Numbered from the stretch's first letter, positions 18,091-27,923 are shown. The stretch: DNA of 64,000 nt from an uncultured Gammaproteobacteria bacterium (GCA_965231005.1 OZ246405.1:295204-359203), one strand, 5' to 3'. The notes: generated by a model from the letters alone, not told the origin. Numbers and translations are program-made.

Positions 18091-18346
18091 TTCTGCTCAA
18101 ACCTCTGCACACCTACGGCTGAACAAAAAACAAAACACCTCGACAGAATCGGGGTGTTTTGTACTGCGCCATACAGTATGGATTGATTTAACATTAATCC
18201 ACGAGTTATTAACTCGATGGGAAAAGTATAGCATACCTTATTAAAAATGGCAAAATAAGGATATCCCCAAGTGGTTTTAGGTGAAAGATATTGTTTGTTA
18301 TACTCAAAAACAGCCCCCATCATCCACCAAATCATAGGAGCACAAC

Positions 18347-18850
18347 ATGCCAGAAGCAGCTGATATCCCTTTGGAAGTCCATCCAGATGGAAGACTCGGT
18401 CCGCCCTTTCCTTTACCCGAAGAGTGCGATACTCCAGCCTGTCGAGACGCCCGCCAGGAGTTGGGGAGAATTCGTAAAAAGATCACAGATCTTTGCACTC
18501 AACAGAGCGATGCAAGGCAGAAAGAAAAAGATGCTGATGACGAGATGGTCTTTGCAGCGTCTTTGGTCCCTATCCTCATGATTGCTGCGTTAGCGCTCGC
18601 GTTCATTCCTTTTGTCGGGATTTGGCTTGCAGGGCTTGCACTCGCTGCAGCATTCGAAGCTGGTCGAAGAGCAAACAAAGCTCGACAACGGAGAGACAGG
18701 TATCGGAGACTGATTCAAGATCTGTATCGCATGATCGATGATGAGCAAGCAAAGTGGGTTCGTGCGATTATTCGATTTCACAGAGAATGTGCAGAACCCT
18801 GTCGGGTTGGCATTGATGAAGACATGCCAAGCTGTCCGTCGTACGTGTAA
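18347..18850 (+). CDS. hypothetical membrane protein, GC-rich island gene
   Basis: RBS TAGGAGCA. One central TM helix; charged, Arg-rich tails. Confidence 0.5.
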   Translation: MPEAADIPLEVHPDGRLGPPFPLPEECDTPACRDARQELGRIRKKITDLCTQQSDARQKEKDADDEMVFAASLVPILMIAALALAFIPFVGIWLAGLALAAAFEAGRRANKARQRRDRYRRLIQDLYRMIDDEQAKWVRAIIRFHRECAEPCRVGIDEDMPSCPSYV

Positions 18851-19044
18851 CAAGGAGACATCAGTTCCACATCAACGCCGGCTTATTGAGTCAATCAATA
18901 GCCGGTTTTATTTTAGATAGGTTTCAATTTTGACATTATCAAAAAAACAACGTATATTTCCTATAGTAAATACTAGCGTCTAATCTCAAAAGGGGCTTTT
19001 TTTTACAAACTTTTAGATTTGTCATTTTTTTTGCGAAATGATAT

Positions 19045-20070
19045 ATGAAGCATTCAATAATTGTTATTAATGATAAAGAGGTAATTAAAGGGGAGGGGTT
19101 TGGAGCATGTGGTGTATATCCAGGTGAGCTAGTTTTTAATACATCAATGATAGGATATGTAGAAGCAATGACAGATCCTTCGTATGCAGGCCAAATTTTA
19201 GTTTTTTCTTACCCACTGATTGGTAATTATGGTGTGGGTCAATCTTGGCAAGGGTCTTCTAAGATCCAACCGAAGGCTGTTATTGTGTCTGAGCTTTCGG
19301 ATGTATTTTCACATAAAGATGGCTATCAAAGTTTTGAAGATTTTTGTAAGGAGCATAACGTTGGTGGAATGAAGGGGGTTGATGTGAGATTCCTCGTAAA
19401 AAGACTTACTCAAGAAGAAATAGAAAGCGCAGTTCTGTGTGTGTATGAAGACACTCCTGAAGATTTGGTGCGCACAGTTACGAGAAGTAGTGTTGAAGTT
19501 AGAAATTTAGGTGGTCAGAAGCGTGTTGGTATCATTGACTATGGAGTCAAGGAAAGTATCATCAGTTCATGTACAAAAAGAAATGCAGAAGTCATTATTT
19601 TTCCGGCAACCGTAAAAACTACTGAGATTATTTCATATGATGTCGACGGCATAATTTTGTCAAATGGACCAGGAGATCCGGAGTCATACGAGTACACTCA
19701 CAAGACGATCAATGAATTGCTGGAATCTGGTTTACCTTTGTTTGGTATATGTCTTGGCCACCAACTTGTTGCGTGTGCTACAGGCGCTAAGGCGTATAAG
19801 TTGCCGTTTGGACATCGTGGTGTGAATCATCCTGTCTTTGACATGAGAAAGAAAAAAGCATATATAACATCTCAAAATCATGGATATGCAATTGATTCAG
19901 AAACACTTCACGAAGATTTTGTTCCTAGATTTAAACATCTAAACGATGGATCAGTCGAAGGTGTTAGTCATAAAACAAAACCAGTTTTTACAGTTCAGTT
20001 TCACCCAGAAGCACGACCAGGGACACAGGATACTTCGTTTCTCTTTGATGAATTTTTTTCATTTTTTTAA
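19045..20070 (+). CDS. carA: carbamoyl-phosphate synthase small subunit
   Basis: N-terminal CPSase small domain plus a GATase domain: GICLGHQL...FHPE. Confidence 0.9.
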   Translation: MKHSIIVINDKEVIKGEGFGACGVYPGELVFNTSMIGYVEAMTDPSYAGQILVFSYPLIGNYGVGQSWQGSSKIQPKAVIVSELSDVFSHKDGYQSFEDFCKEHNVGGMKGVDVRFLVKRLTQEEIESAVLCVYEDTPEDLVRTVTRSSVEVRNLGGQKRVGIIDYGVKESIISSCTKRNAEVIIFPATVKTTEIISYDVDGIILSNGPGDPESYEYTHKTINELLESGLPLFGICLGHQLVACATGAKAYKLPFGHRGVNHPVFDMRKKKAYITSQNHGYAIDSETLHEDFVPRFKHLNDGSVEGVSHKTKPVFTVQFHPEARPGTQDTSFLFDEFFSFF

Positions 20071-20071
20071 T

Positions 20072-22795
20072 ATGACAAATAAGAAAGTACTCGTTATCGG
20101 CTCAGGACCAATAGTAATTGGACAAGCAGCAGAGTTTGATTATTCTGGAACACAGGCTTGTTTGGCATTGAGAGAAGTAGGAATAAGAACTGTTCTTGTT
20201 AATTCCAACCCTGCGACAATTCAAACAGATCATGAAACTGCAGATACCGTTTATATTGAGCCACTTACTGTTTCGTCGCTTGAGAGTATTATTAACAAAG
20301 AGCGGCCAGATGCTCTTATTCCAACAGTCGGTGGGCAGACTGCGCTGAATTTAACAATGGAACTAGAGCAGCAGGGTATTCTTAAAAAATACAACGTAGA
20401 AATTCTTGGAACTGGGATTTCAGCAATTGTAGATGGAGAAGATCGTGGAAGATTCAGGACAATCATGGAGCAGATTAGTCAACCTGTTTTACCAAGTATT
20501 GTTGTTTCTTCTTTTCAGGAAGGTTTACGTTTTGCAGAAGAGGTCCGATATCCGGTTATAATTAGAAGTTTGTATACATTGGGTGGAACAGGAAGTAGTA
20601 TTGCTCATTCAGACACTGAGCTCGAGGAGAAAATAGGAATTGGGATTACTATGAGTCCAGTAAATCAGGTCTTACTTGAAAAAAGTGTTGTTGGGTGGGG
20701 AGAATTTGAATATGAAATGATGAGAGACTCTGCAGGAAATATTATCATGATTTGCAACATGGAAAATATCGATCCTATGGGTGTGCATACTGGAGAGTCT
20801 ATTGTTGTTGCACCCTCCCAGACATTGTCTGATCAGGATCACCAAATATTGAGAACAGCTGCTTGTAAAATTGTTGAACGTCTAGATATCCAAGGAGGTT
20901 GTAATGTTCAGTTTGCTTTTGATTATGAGACAGGTGATTTTTATGTTATTGAGGTTAATCCACGTCTTTCGAGAAGTTCTGCTTTGGCATCTAAAGCAAC
21001 AGGCTATCCAATTGCAAAGATAGCAGCACATATTGCACTTGGGAAAACTCTACCTGAAATAGAAAATACAATTACTGGAAAGAGTGCGTTTTTTGAGCCA
21101 GCGCTAGATTATGTTGTTATAAAGATTCCTAGATGGGCAGACGATAAATTTGCTGATATGAATATAAATATTGAGATGACCATGAAGAGTACAGGAGAGA
21201 CCATGGCTATTGCAACAACATTTGAACAAGCTTTTTATAAGGCAATAGTAGGATTAGAGTTTAAGAAAACATTCACAGACCTGATAAAAGAAATTCCAGA
21301 AGATAAGGTCAAAGAAATGCTTATGTTTCCTTCGACGAAACGTCTTTTTGCTATTTTAGCTGCATTTAGGTGTGGGCTAGATCAAGAGGCTGTTGCTAGG
21401 ATGACAAAAATTCACCCGTGGTTTATAAGAAAAATATATAATCTGTTCTGTAATTATAAAACAATTAAAAAGTCATTTACTGTGTTTAAACAAGTGGATA
21501 CTTGTGCTGGTGAATTTACAGCGCATACTCCATATTATTATTCTTCACAAGGCGTAGAAGATGAGGTTCCTCCATTGGAGGGCCCAAAAGTTATTATTCT
21601 TGGGTCCGGGCCGATTCGCATTGGGCAAGGAATTGAATTTGACTACATGACCGTTCATGCAGTCAAAGCTCTCCAAAAATTAGGAATTAAAGCAATTATT
21701 ATTAATAATAATCCTGAGACAGTTAGCACTGACTATACTGTTTCAGACAGACTATATTTTGAGCCACTTCGTTCTGAATTTGTTTTGAATGTTATCAAAA
21801 AAGAGGCAGATGGACTGCTTGGAGTTATCCCTCAGTTTGGAGGTCAAACATCTATCAATTTAGTCAAAGATTTAGAATCGGCAGGTGTACATATCCTTGG
21901 AACAAATTCTTCATATATTTTTGCAGCAGAAGATAGAGAGGTCGCAGCAAACTATATACAGAAGATTGGTCACAACATGCCGCGCTGGGTTGTTTCTAAA
22001 GGTAAAAAAGATTTTTTGCTGAAAACACAAGAACTTGGTTTTCCACTTCTTGTTCGTCCTTCGTTTGTTCTTGGTGGAGAAGGAATGATTATTGCACGAA
22101 GTCTAGAAGATGTTGAATCATATGCTGAAAATCTCGAAGAGCAATTTTCTCAACCAATTTTAATTGACCAATTTCTTGAAGATGCAGTTGAGATTGATAT
22201 TGATTTAATTTCAGATGGAAAGAGAACAATAAGTTTTGTTATTGAGCAACTTGATCCAGCAGGTGTCCATTCGGGAGATAGTCGCTGTGTTTTTCCTGCA
22301 CAAAGCCTGGACAAAAATGTGCACGAAAAGCTTAATAAAATTGCATCTGATATAGCTACAGTTTTTGGTATTGTTGGTGTAGCAAATATACAATGTGCAA
22401 TAAAAAACGATAAGATTTATATATTAGAGGTAAATCCAAGAGGTTCCAGAACAATACCTTTTTTAGGTAAATGTCTTGGTATTTCTTTGCCTGCAATTGC
22501 AACGCAGGTCATTATGGGAGAAGAATTGCCGACAATTATGAAAGATATGTTTGGAGATCGAGTCTGTATAAAATATCCAGTGTTTTCGTTAGAAAAACTT
22601 CCAGGTGTTTGTTCTCGTTTGAGTCCTTTGATGAAAAGTACAGGAGAGGGAATGTGTATTGGGAAAAGCTTTGAAGAGGCACTGAAGAAAGTCGATCATG
22701 ATGTTGATTGCGACGGGTTATTAAATATATATCCATTGATTTCATCTCATTTCAACATAAAAGAAAAAGTTGACAGTATTCGGCAGGTCGCGTAA
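20072..22795 (+). CDS. carB: carbamoyl-phosphate synthase large subunit (908 aa; the C-terminal MGS-like allosteric domain appears to be absent)
   Basis: Two ATP-grasp halves, each followed by an MKSTGE(T/G)M motif. The protein ends about 50 aa after the second motif. Confidence 0.9.
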   Translation: MTNKKVLVIGSGPIVIGQAAEFDYSGTQACLALREVGIRTVLVNSNPATIQTDHETADTVYIEPLTVSSLESIINKERPDALIPTVGGQTALNLTMELEQQGILKKYNVEILGTGISAIVDGEDRGRFRTIMEQISQPVLPSIVVSSFQEGLRFAEEVRYPVIIRSLYTLGGTGSSIAHSDTELEEKIGIGITMSPVNQVLLEKSVVGWGEFEYEMMRDSAGNIIMICNMENIDPMGVHTGESIVVAPSQTLSDQDHQILRTAACKIVERLDIQGGCNVQFAFDYETGDFYVIEVNPRLSRSSALASKATGYPIAKIAAHIALGKTLPEIENTITGKSAFFEPALDYVVIKIPRWADDKFADMNINIEMTMKSTGETMAIATTFEQAFYKAIVGLEFKKTFTDLIKEIPEDKVKEMLMFPSTKRLFAILAAFRCGLDQEAVARMTKIHPWFIRKIYNLFCNYKTIKKSFTVFKQVDTCAGEFTAHTPYYYSSQGVEDEVPPLEGPKVIILGSGPIRIGQGIEFDYMTVHAVKALQKLGIKAIIINNNPETVSTDYTVSDRLYFEPLRSEFVLNVIKKEADGLLGVIPQFGGQTSINLVKDLESAGVHILGTNSSYIFAAEDREVAANYIQKIGHNMPRWVVSKGKKDFLLKTQELGFPLLVRPSFVLGGEGMIIARSLEDVESYAENLEEQFSQPILIDQFLEDAVEIDIDLISDGKRTISFVIEQLDPAGVHSGDSRCVFPAQSLDKNVHEKLNKIASDIATVFGIVGVANIQCAIKNDKIYILEVNPRGSRTIPFLGKCLGISLPAIATQVIMGEELPTIMKDMFGDRVCIKYPVFSLEKLPGVCSRLSPLMKSTGEGMCIGKSFEEALKKVDHDVDCDGLLNIYPLISSHFNIKEKVDSIRQVA

Positions 22796-22942
22796 TTAAT
22801 TTATTTCAATCAAAAAAACACCATATTATGATGTTTTTTTGTCTTTGGGTAATCATATAGATTACCCACTCCTATTACCCGATATAGCTCGGGCCAGGCC
22901 TCCGCAGTTGCGGGATTGTTGCCAGCTGCTACTGGCTCGTTG

Positions 22943-23167
22943 TCAGCACCATGACTCGCGCTGCAGCTCATGGCCGTAGGCGACTTGCACGCGGTGCTTG
23001 ATGTCCTCCTCGCAGTCCTTGTGGTCGCAGCAGCGGATCGCGATCGTGGAGGAACGGTTCTCGGGGAAGGCCTCACGCACCGACGGCCTGCCGCATTCGT
23101 TGATGCAGTCATCGCCCTGCCAGCTTGCTTTGGAGCGAAAAGCCACCTCGATCTTGTTATCGCTCAT
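22943..23167 (-). CDS. small Cys-rich hypothetical protein (74 aa), GC-rich island gene
   Basis: GGAG 7 nt before the ATG. A TTGACA promoter lies upstream on the minus strand. Motifs CINECGRP...CCDHKDC. Confidence 0.4.
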   Translation of the reverse strand: MSDNKIEVAFRSKASWQGDDCINECGRPSVREAFPENRSSTIAIRCCDHKDCEEDIKHRVQVAYGHELQRESWC

Positions 23168-23343
23168 GATGTTCTCCAGATGAGTGTACCGGTGTTGTTC
23201 ACTGGCACGGTTTGGGTTGATCTGTTGCCAAGCGTAGCGGAAAAAGAGGTGTATGTCAATAATGAAATAAAAAAAAACAGGCTATTCACCTGTTTTTCTT
23301 TGAGCTACACCTGGCCTAAAGGCCAGGCAAGGACTCTTTTTTG

Positions 23344-23395
23344 TGGAGCGGCAGACCGGACTTGAACCTGCCTGCCGGCAGGCAGGCCGGCGACA
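23344..23395 (-). repeat. element B copy 1: tRNA-Gly-like 3' end (T-arm plus acceptor plus CCA) fused to a perfect 20-bp palindrome
   Basis: The reverse complement reads GGTTCAAGTCCGGTCTGCCGCTCCA, which is one mismatch from the tRNA-Gly(GCC) acceptor arm. It is preceded by the palindrome CCTGCCTGCCGGCAGGCAGG at 23367-23386. Confidence 0.5.
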
Positions 23396-23405
23396 ACAAA
23401 ACAAA

Positions 23406-23430
23406 AAGGTCAGCTATTTGCTGACCTTTT
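23406..23430 (-). terminator. bidirectional terminator after tRNA-Gly(GCC)
   Basis: GGTCAGC-tatt-GCTGACC flanked by A- and T-runs. Confidence 0.5.
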
Positions 23431-23439
23431 CGCTTTTAG

Positions 23440-23511
<72 letters not shown>

Positions 23512-23546
23512 TTGTTTCCTTCACCCATTTGGTAGGCGAAGCCTAG

Positions 23547-23620
23547 TTGCGGGGGCCGGATTCGAACCGGCGACCTTCGGGTTATGAGCCCGACGAGCTG
23601 CCTGACTGCTCTACCCCGCT
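23547..23620 (-). tRNA. initiator tRNA-fMet (CAU)
   Basis: Near-identical to E. coli tRNAfMet: AGCGGGGTAGAGCAGTCAGG...CTCATAACCCGAAGGTCGCCGGTTCGAATCC. The 1:72 position is an A:A mismatch. Confidence 0.85.
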
Positions 23621-23631
23621 ATGTAGACCAC

Positions 23632-23660
23632 AGTATAGTTTAAAAGACATATTATGTCAA
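23632..23660 (-). promoter_or_regulatory. sigma-70 promoter of the tRNA-fMet/tRNA-Gly operon
   Basis: Minus strand reads TTGACA, a 17-nt spacer, then TATACT. The TSS falls close to the tRNA 5' end. Confidence 0.55.
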
Positions 23661-23735
23661 GATAATCGCCTTAGTTGACAGGAGTGTTCATTATTGTTAG
23701 ACTGAATATTCTTTCCAGTACAAGGGGGTGGAATT

Positions 23736-24143
23736 ATGAGTGTAACTCAGACAGAACAAAGGTCAATGATCAAGCATCACGTCCTTGTCGCCGTGTTGTC
23801 GGTCTGGTCGGCATGCTTTGGCGTTGCTATGGCAGTGCTGCAATTCGAGAATGAGGAGTGGGCAAGACTTACCTGGGCAGTCATAATCATAATGGTTATC
23901 CTGTCATTTACAGTTAGTCGGTTGAGTCAAGGTGCGCTTTTCAGGCTCACCGTCTATACGTTCATCTTCGAGCTGAGTCTGCTGCCAGGACTTTTTATCC
24001 CTTCGTGGTTCGATATTCTTGCAACTTCCGCCGAGGGAGGAACAGTAAGAACGGTCGGCTTTATTGGGGGGATCTTTGGCATTGCCTCGCTGATGTTCGT
24101 ACTCATTATTTTCGTGAACAATTTGAAAAAAATGATCGAGTGA
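23736..24143 (+). CDS. hypothetical integral membrane protein (135 aa), GC-rich island gene
   Basis: Preceded by ACAAGGGGGTG at 23720-23730 and a TTGACA promoter. Three or four TM helices. Confidence 0.5.
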   Translation: MSVTQTEQRSMIKHHVLVAVLSVWSACFGVAMAVLQFENEEWARLTWAVIIIMVILSFTVSRLSQGALFRLTVYTFIFELSLLPGLFIPSWFDILATSAEGGTVRTVGFIGGIFGIASLMFVLIIFVNNLKKMIE

Positions 24144-24267
24144 GATAGTTCAGGAACTGGAAAGAGCGACCCGACGGTGTCAACCAACCGTCACGCTCAA
24201 AAGAATCTGTCTCTGACAGATTTTTTTGATTGACCATTATAAAAAAAATTGATACGGTTAATATATT

Positions 24268-24894
24268 ATGGAATATCTAATAGTAATTGGAACTGTAACG
24301 TTAATTCATTTATTGGGCGTTGTAACACCAGGTCCAGATTTTATTGTTGCAGTAAAAAATTCACTTATATATTCTCGACGCATTGGAATATGGACTGCAG
24401 TTGGTTTTGGATTGGGTATTGCAGTACATATTTTTTATTCTCTGGCTGGACTTGCTGTTATTATTTCTCAATCAATTTTATTGTTTAATACTATTAAATA
24501 TATTGGAGCAATGTATTTAATTTATATTGGTATTAAATCGTATAAATCAAAGTCTTCGCATATATCAGTGGAAAAAGAAAACGTTACTCAAGATATATCT
24601 CCTGCAGCAGCAGTAAAAATGGGATTTTTAACAAACGTACTCAATCCAAAAGCAACACTTTTTTTTCTTAGTCTGTTTACTCTTGTTATTTCACCTTCAA
24701 CACCAGCGTTTGTTTTGGGAATTATGAGTATTATAATGATTGTAAATACCATACTGTGGTTTTCTTTTGTTGCTGTTGTACTTTCTCAAAAAAGAATGCA
24801 GCAAACATTTGAAACATATCAAACAATATTTAATAAAACACTCGGTGGCTTGCTTGTTGCTCTTGGTTTAAAAGTTGCATTGTCAGATAAATAA
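24268..24894 (+). CDS. LysE/RhtB family amino-acid exporter
   Basis: N-terminal GVVTPGPDF motif. Six TM helices. Confidence 0.8.
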   Translation: MEYLIVIGTVTLIHLLGVVTPGPDFIVAVKNSLIYSRRIGIWTAVGFGLGIAVHIFYSLAGLAVIISQSILLFNTIKYIGAMYLIYIGIKSYKSKSSHISVEKENVTQDISPAAAVKMGFLTNVLNPKATLFFLSLFTLVISPSTPAFVLGIMSIIMIVNTILWFSFVAVVLSQKRMQQTFETYQTIFNKTLGGLLVALGLKVALSDK

Positions 24895-24900
24895 TTTTTT

Positions 24901-25977
24901 ATGAAATTTTCTAGATTTTTTTTGCTCGGTGCTGTTGCACTACTTTTTGTTGGTTGTTCATCAAACCAATTACCATCTGTTTCAGACATGTTGAATAATA
25001 AGTCAGAAGAAAAGGAAGAAAAAAATGTCGTATTAGATTTTGCAACGGTAGATAAAACGTATCAATTTTCAGCTGAGATCCCAAAAGGATTTGCAGTTGA
25101 GTATATTTCTGCAATAGATAGTATAAATATTTATAAACCAGGTGCAGGAGAAAATAATTTAGAATCTTCTCAAATATTTATTCGAAACTTTCGTGCGAAT
25201 TCGTTCTTAACATTGCAGACAGTAGATATTTCTAAAAAAGTAGAAATGCAGCAGGGAAATCATGAAGCAGTGCTTTATAAGATAAAGAAAAAAGAAGGTG
25301 TTCCAAATTTTCCAAATCAACCTTCATGGAGAAATCAAGAACATGAAGTGTTAGATATTCGTTATTCAAATAATAATCCATCAACATTTTTTGTTTTTTC
25401 TCATACTCCTGATTTTAGTAATGAAGAGTTTGAAACATTTATTGGAAGTGTTGTATTTCATAATGATAAAGAAAGTTTGAAAGAACCACTGTACCTTTCA
25501 AAAGATCGTGTAACAAAAAAACCATTTGGTATTCAAGTGTCACCAGACAATTCTCCTGTTCCATATGAACGGTTTTCTGGATTTCACACAGGAACAGATT
25601 ATGAAATCTCAAAAGAAGAAGACTGGAAACCAGTTCCAGTAGATGCTGTTTGTTCTGGAGAAATTGTAGGAATTCAAAAAGCAACTGGCTATGGTGGTGT
25701 GATTTTGCAACGATGTTCGTTTGCTGACCAAGTTGTGACGGTTATTTATGGACATGTTGCAATCGATCAAGTTTCATACAAAAAAGGGGATCATGTTACA
25801 GCCGGCACGCAACTGACTGTTCTTGGAGAAGGAGACACAGAAGAAACCGGTGGAGAAAGAAAACATTTGCATCTTGGTATTAGAAAAGGCGTTGGAGCTG
25901 ATATTCGTGGGTATGTTCCAAATAAATTTGATCTTGAAAATTGGATTGATTTCCAAAAGTGGCGATCAGTAGATTAG
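24901..25977 (+). CDS. M23 family metallopeptidase lipoprotein
   Basis: Lipobox LLFVGCSS. Motifs HTGTDY ... HLHLGI. Confidence 0.75.
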   Translation: MKFSRFFLLGAVALLFVGCSSNQLPSVSDMLNNKSEEKEEKNVVLDFATVDKTYQFSAEIPKGFAVEYISAIDSINIYKPGAGENNLESSQIFIRNFRANSFLTLQTVDISKKVEMQQGNHEAVLYKIKKKEGVPNFPNQPSWRNQEHEVLDIRYSNNNPSTFFVFSHTPDFSNEEFETFIGSVVFHNDKESLKEPLYLSKDRVTKKPFGIQVSPDNSPVPYERFSGFHTGTDYEISKEEDWKPVPVDAVCSGEIVGIQKATGYGGVILQRCSFADQVVTVIYGHVAIDQVSYKKGDHVTAGTQLTVLGEGDTEETGGERKHLHLGIRKGVGADIRGYVPNKFDLENWIDFQKWRSVD

Positions 25978-26039
25978 CATCAAAAAAACTCCCGAATGGA
26001 GAGTCAGCAGATAATATGAGAAGCATTGCTTAATGTGTC

Positions 26040-26312
26040 TTATAAATATTTATAAATGTCGTGCTTTCCAATTGAAAAGAAAAGAAGATCTCCATTTTTT
26101 TGTCTTTCAAATAGAATTCTATACCCCTTTGTGATTGAAATCGACCAAATGTCCTCAAATTTTCCATGAAGCTGGTGTAGTCTCAAAGATGGATGAAGCG
26201 GATTATCTCGAAATATTTGCTCCTTTCTTACAGCAATTTTTTTTATCTTCTCTGGCAATTTCTCAAATTCTTTGACGAATTGGGTTGAATATTCTATCTC
26301 CTTAATAATCAT
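26040..26312 (-). CDS. RelE/YoeB-like type II toxin
   Basis: 90 aa with a LHGKFEDIWSISITKGYRILF...FFSIGKHD fold signature. Confidence 0.7.
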   Translation of the reverse strand: MIIKEIEYSTQFVKEFEKLPEKIKKIAVRKEQIFRDNPLHPSLRLHQLHGKFEDIWSISITKGYRILFERQKNGDLLFFSIGKHDIYKYL

Positions 26313-26313
26313 A

Positions 26314-26538
26314 TTACATCAGGTCAGCAAGTGTTTTTCCTTTGATAGTTTTTCCAGCTTTGTATTCTCTTCGAGCAGATTTTAAAGAGGAAAGAATTTT
26401 CTCCTCAGAAATAAGATCTTTGTCAAGCTCTACCAGATGTTTTATATAGCTACTCACCGAAGTAAAGCCTCTTTTTTTTGAAAGATTTTTAATTTCTTTT
26501 CTAGATTTAGCTGGGAGTGAAAGGGATAAAACCTGTCT
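26314..26538 (-). CDS. putative antitoxin partner (start at the internal Met MRQVLSLSL)
   Basis: Small helical protein immediately upstream of the toxin. The stop-to-start gap is 1 nt. Confidence 0.45.
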   Translation of the reverse strand, partial: RQVLSLSLPAKSRKEIKNLSKKRGFTSVSSYIKHLVELDKDLISEEKILSSLKSARREYKAGKTIKGKTLADLM

Positions 26539-26671
26539 CATATGGGGGAAAGTTAAGTATGTTGATATTGTAATACATCTGTAATATTTTGTCAAGCAAA
26601 CAAAAATTTTCAAATAATTTTTTTGATTTAAAAACACCTCTGTATATTGAGGTGTTTTTATTTCATCTTCT

Positions 26672-26872
26672 TTAAAAATCAAGTCCAGGAAGTTCAGGTT
26701 TTTCTTTTTTTGCGTATTCTTCAACTGCTCCAACTGCTTCATCTAATCCTTTTTTTGATTCATCAAGCTTTCCTTCAAGCTCTGCCATTGCAACTTCACA
26801 ACCTTTCATGTGTCCAGCTTCTTTTGGACTACCACAACTTGAGCAAGCTCCTTGATTTAATGTCTCAGGCAT
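26672..26872 (-). CDS. small acidic hypothetical protein (66 aa)
   Basis: N-terminal CxxC-like CSSCGSP, then a helical acidic tail. No strong RBS. Confidence 0.3.
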   Translation of the reverse strand: MPETLNQGACSSCGSPKEAGHMKGCEVAMAELEGKLDESKKGLDEAVGAVEEYAKKEKPELPGLDF

Positions 26873-26897
26873 AAAATATTTTTAATTTATTAATTTT

Positions 26898-27443
26898 TTA
26901 TGGATTCTTATAAAATTCAGGATTATTCCCAAAAGTAGATTTAACAAAATTTATTGATTCATTCAGGTGAAGTGCAGCAGCCTTTACCTGCTCTTCAATA
27001 CTGTCAGAGCCTTTTCGTTGGTATTCAAAAAAGGGTCTTACATTTTCGGCTTCCTTACCATGAATTAGGGAGAACATTCCAGGATCTAATTTGTAAATTG
27101 ATTCTATGATTGCATTGTTTTGTGCCTTGAATTCGGGACCATCCTCAGATGCTTTTGAGGCATCATAAAGACTCTGTTGCCAAGTATATATAATATCTGC
27201 TGTTTCTTCAAAAAGATCTCGTAGCGTTTCCAGCTCCGACTCTCTGTTTGGGGCTTTAGAATCAGTTATTAACTCAACAGCTTGTTCAAGGGCTTGCCCA
27301 ATTTTATCAATGGCAGAAATAGCTTCTCTTGTTTTGGTTTCAAATTCACCCAACACCTCCTCTTTACTTTTTGGCTTAAAGACATTGTCTCTACTGAATT
27401 GTTGTCTGCGGGCATCTCTTCTTCTTTCTCTTGCTTTTGACAT
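26898..27443 (-). CDS. hypothetical protein
   Basis: The internal Met MSKARERRRD is the likely start. Charged, helical. Confidence 0.45.
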   Translation of the reverse strand: MSKARERRRDARRQQFSRDNVFKPKSKEEVLGEFETKTREAISAIDKIGQALEQAVELITDSKAPNRESELETLRDLFEETADIIYTWQQSLYDASKASEDGPEFKAQNNAIIESIYKLDPGMFSLIHGKEAENVRPFFEYQRKGSDSIEEQVKAAALHLNESINFVKSTFGNNPEFYKNP

Positions 27444-27602
27444 AAATGTCAGATTAAGTAGCTTAGGATTTTTTATTTCAAGATTTACTAAACTATACCT
27501 GGTTTTTATAAGCTTTGCAAAAAAAAAGTAAAAAAATTCACCTGCCCATGCCATTGCTCAGAGAGCGGCACGGGCAGGCGGTCGTTTGCATCTGATGATC
27601 AG

Positions 27603-27800
27603 TCAGTTGGCGGGCAGGGCGTTGCAGGCCTTCACCTCCTGGAGTCCGATCGGCGTCTTGGCGGTCGTGTTCCAGCCACTGGCCAGCAAGACCGTGCCGT
27701 TCGGCAGCCTGATGCACCGCGGAATCGTCCCATCCTTGCTGTGTCCTTCCAGATCGAGTCTGTACTTGATTCCTTCCCACGTGATCGTGATCGTTTCCAT
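27603..27800 (-). CDS. small hypothetical protein (65 aa), GC-rich island gene
   Basis: GGAGGT 7 nt before the ATG. The composition is beta-rich (METITITWEGIKYRLDLEGH...). Confidence 0.4.
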   Translation of the reverse strand: METITITWEGIKYRLDLEGHSKDGTIPRCIRLPNGTVLLASGWNTTAKTPIGLQEVKACNALPAN

Positions 27801-27923
27801 TCGAACACCTCCAATGTGTTGGCTCGACTATATATTAGAAACAAGATTTTGTCAATGTTGAAACATGAAAATAACCCAGCGCATTGACTGGGCTATTTTT
27901 CCTTTATTTGAGGTTAGGAAGAG

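Noticed and set aside
22810-23365. ORFs 22810..23112 (minus) and 22970..23365 (plus) in a GC island
   Set aside because: The translations are Arg/Ala/Thr-rich and low-complexity. The 74-aa frame 22943..23167 has the RBS and promoter.
23344-23395. Element B1 as a complete tRNA gene
   Set aside because: Only the T-arm, 3' acceptor and CCA are present. The 5' half is replaced by the palindrome.
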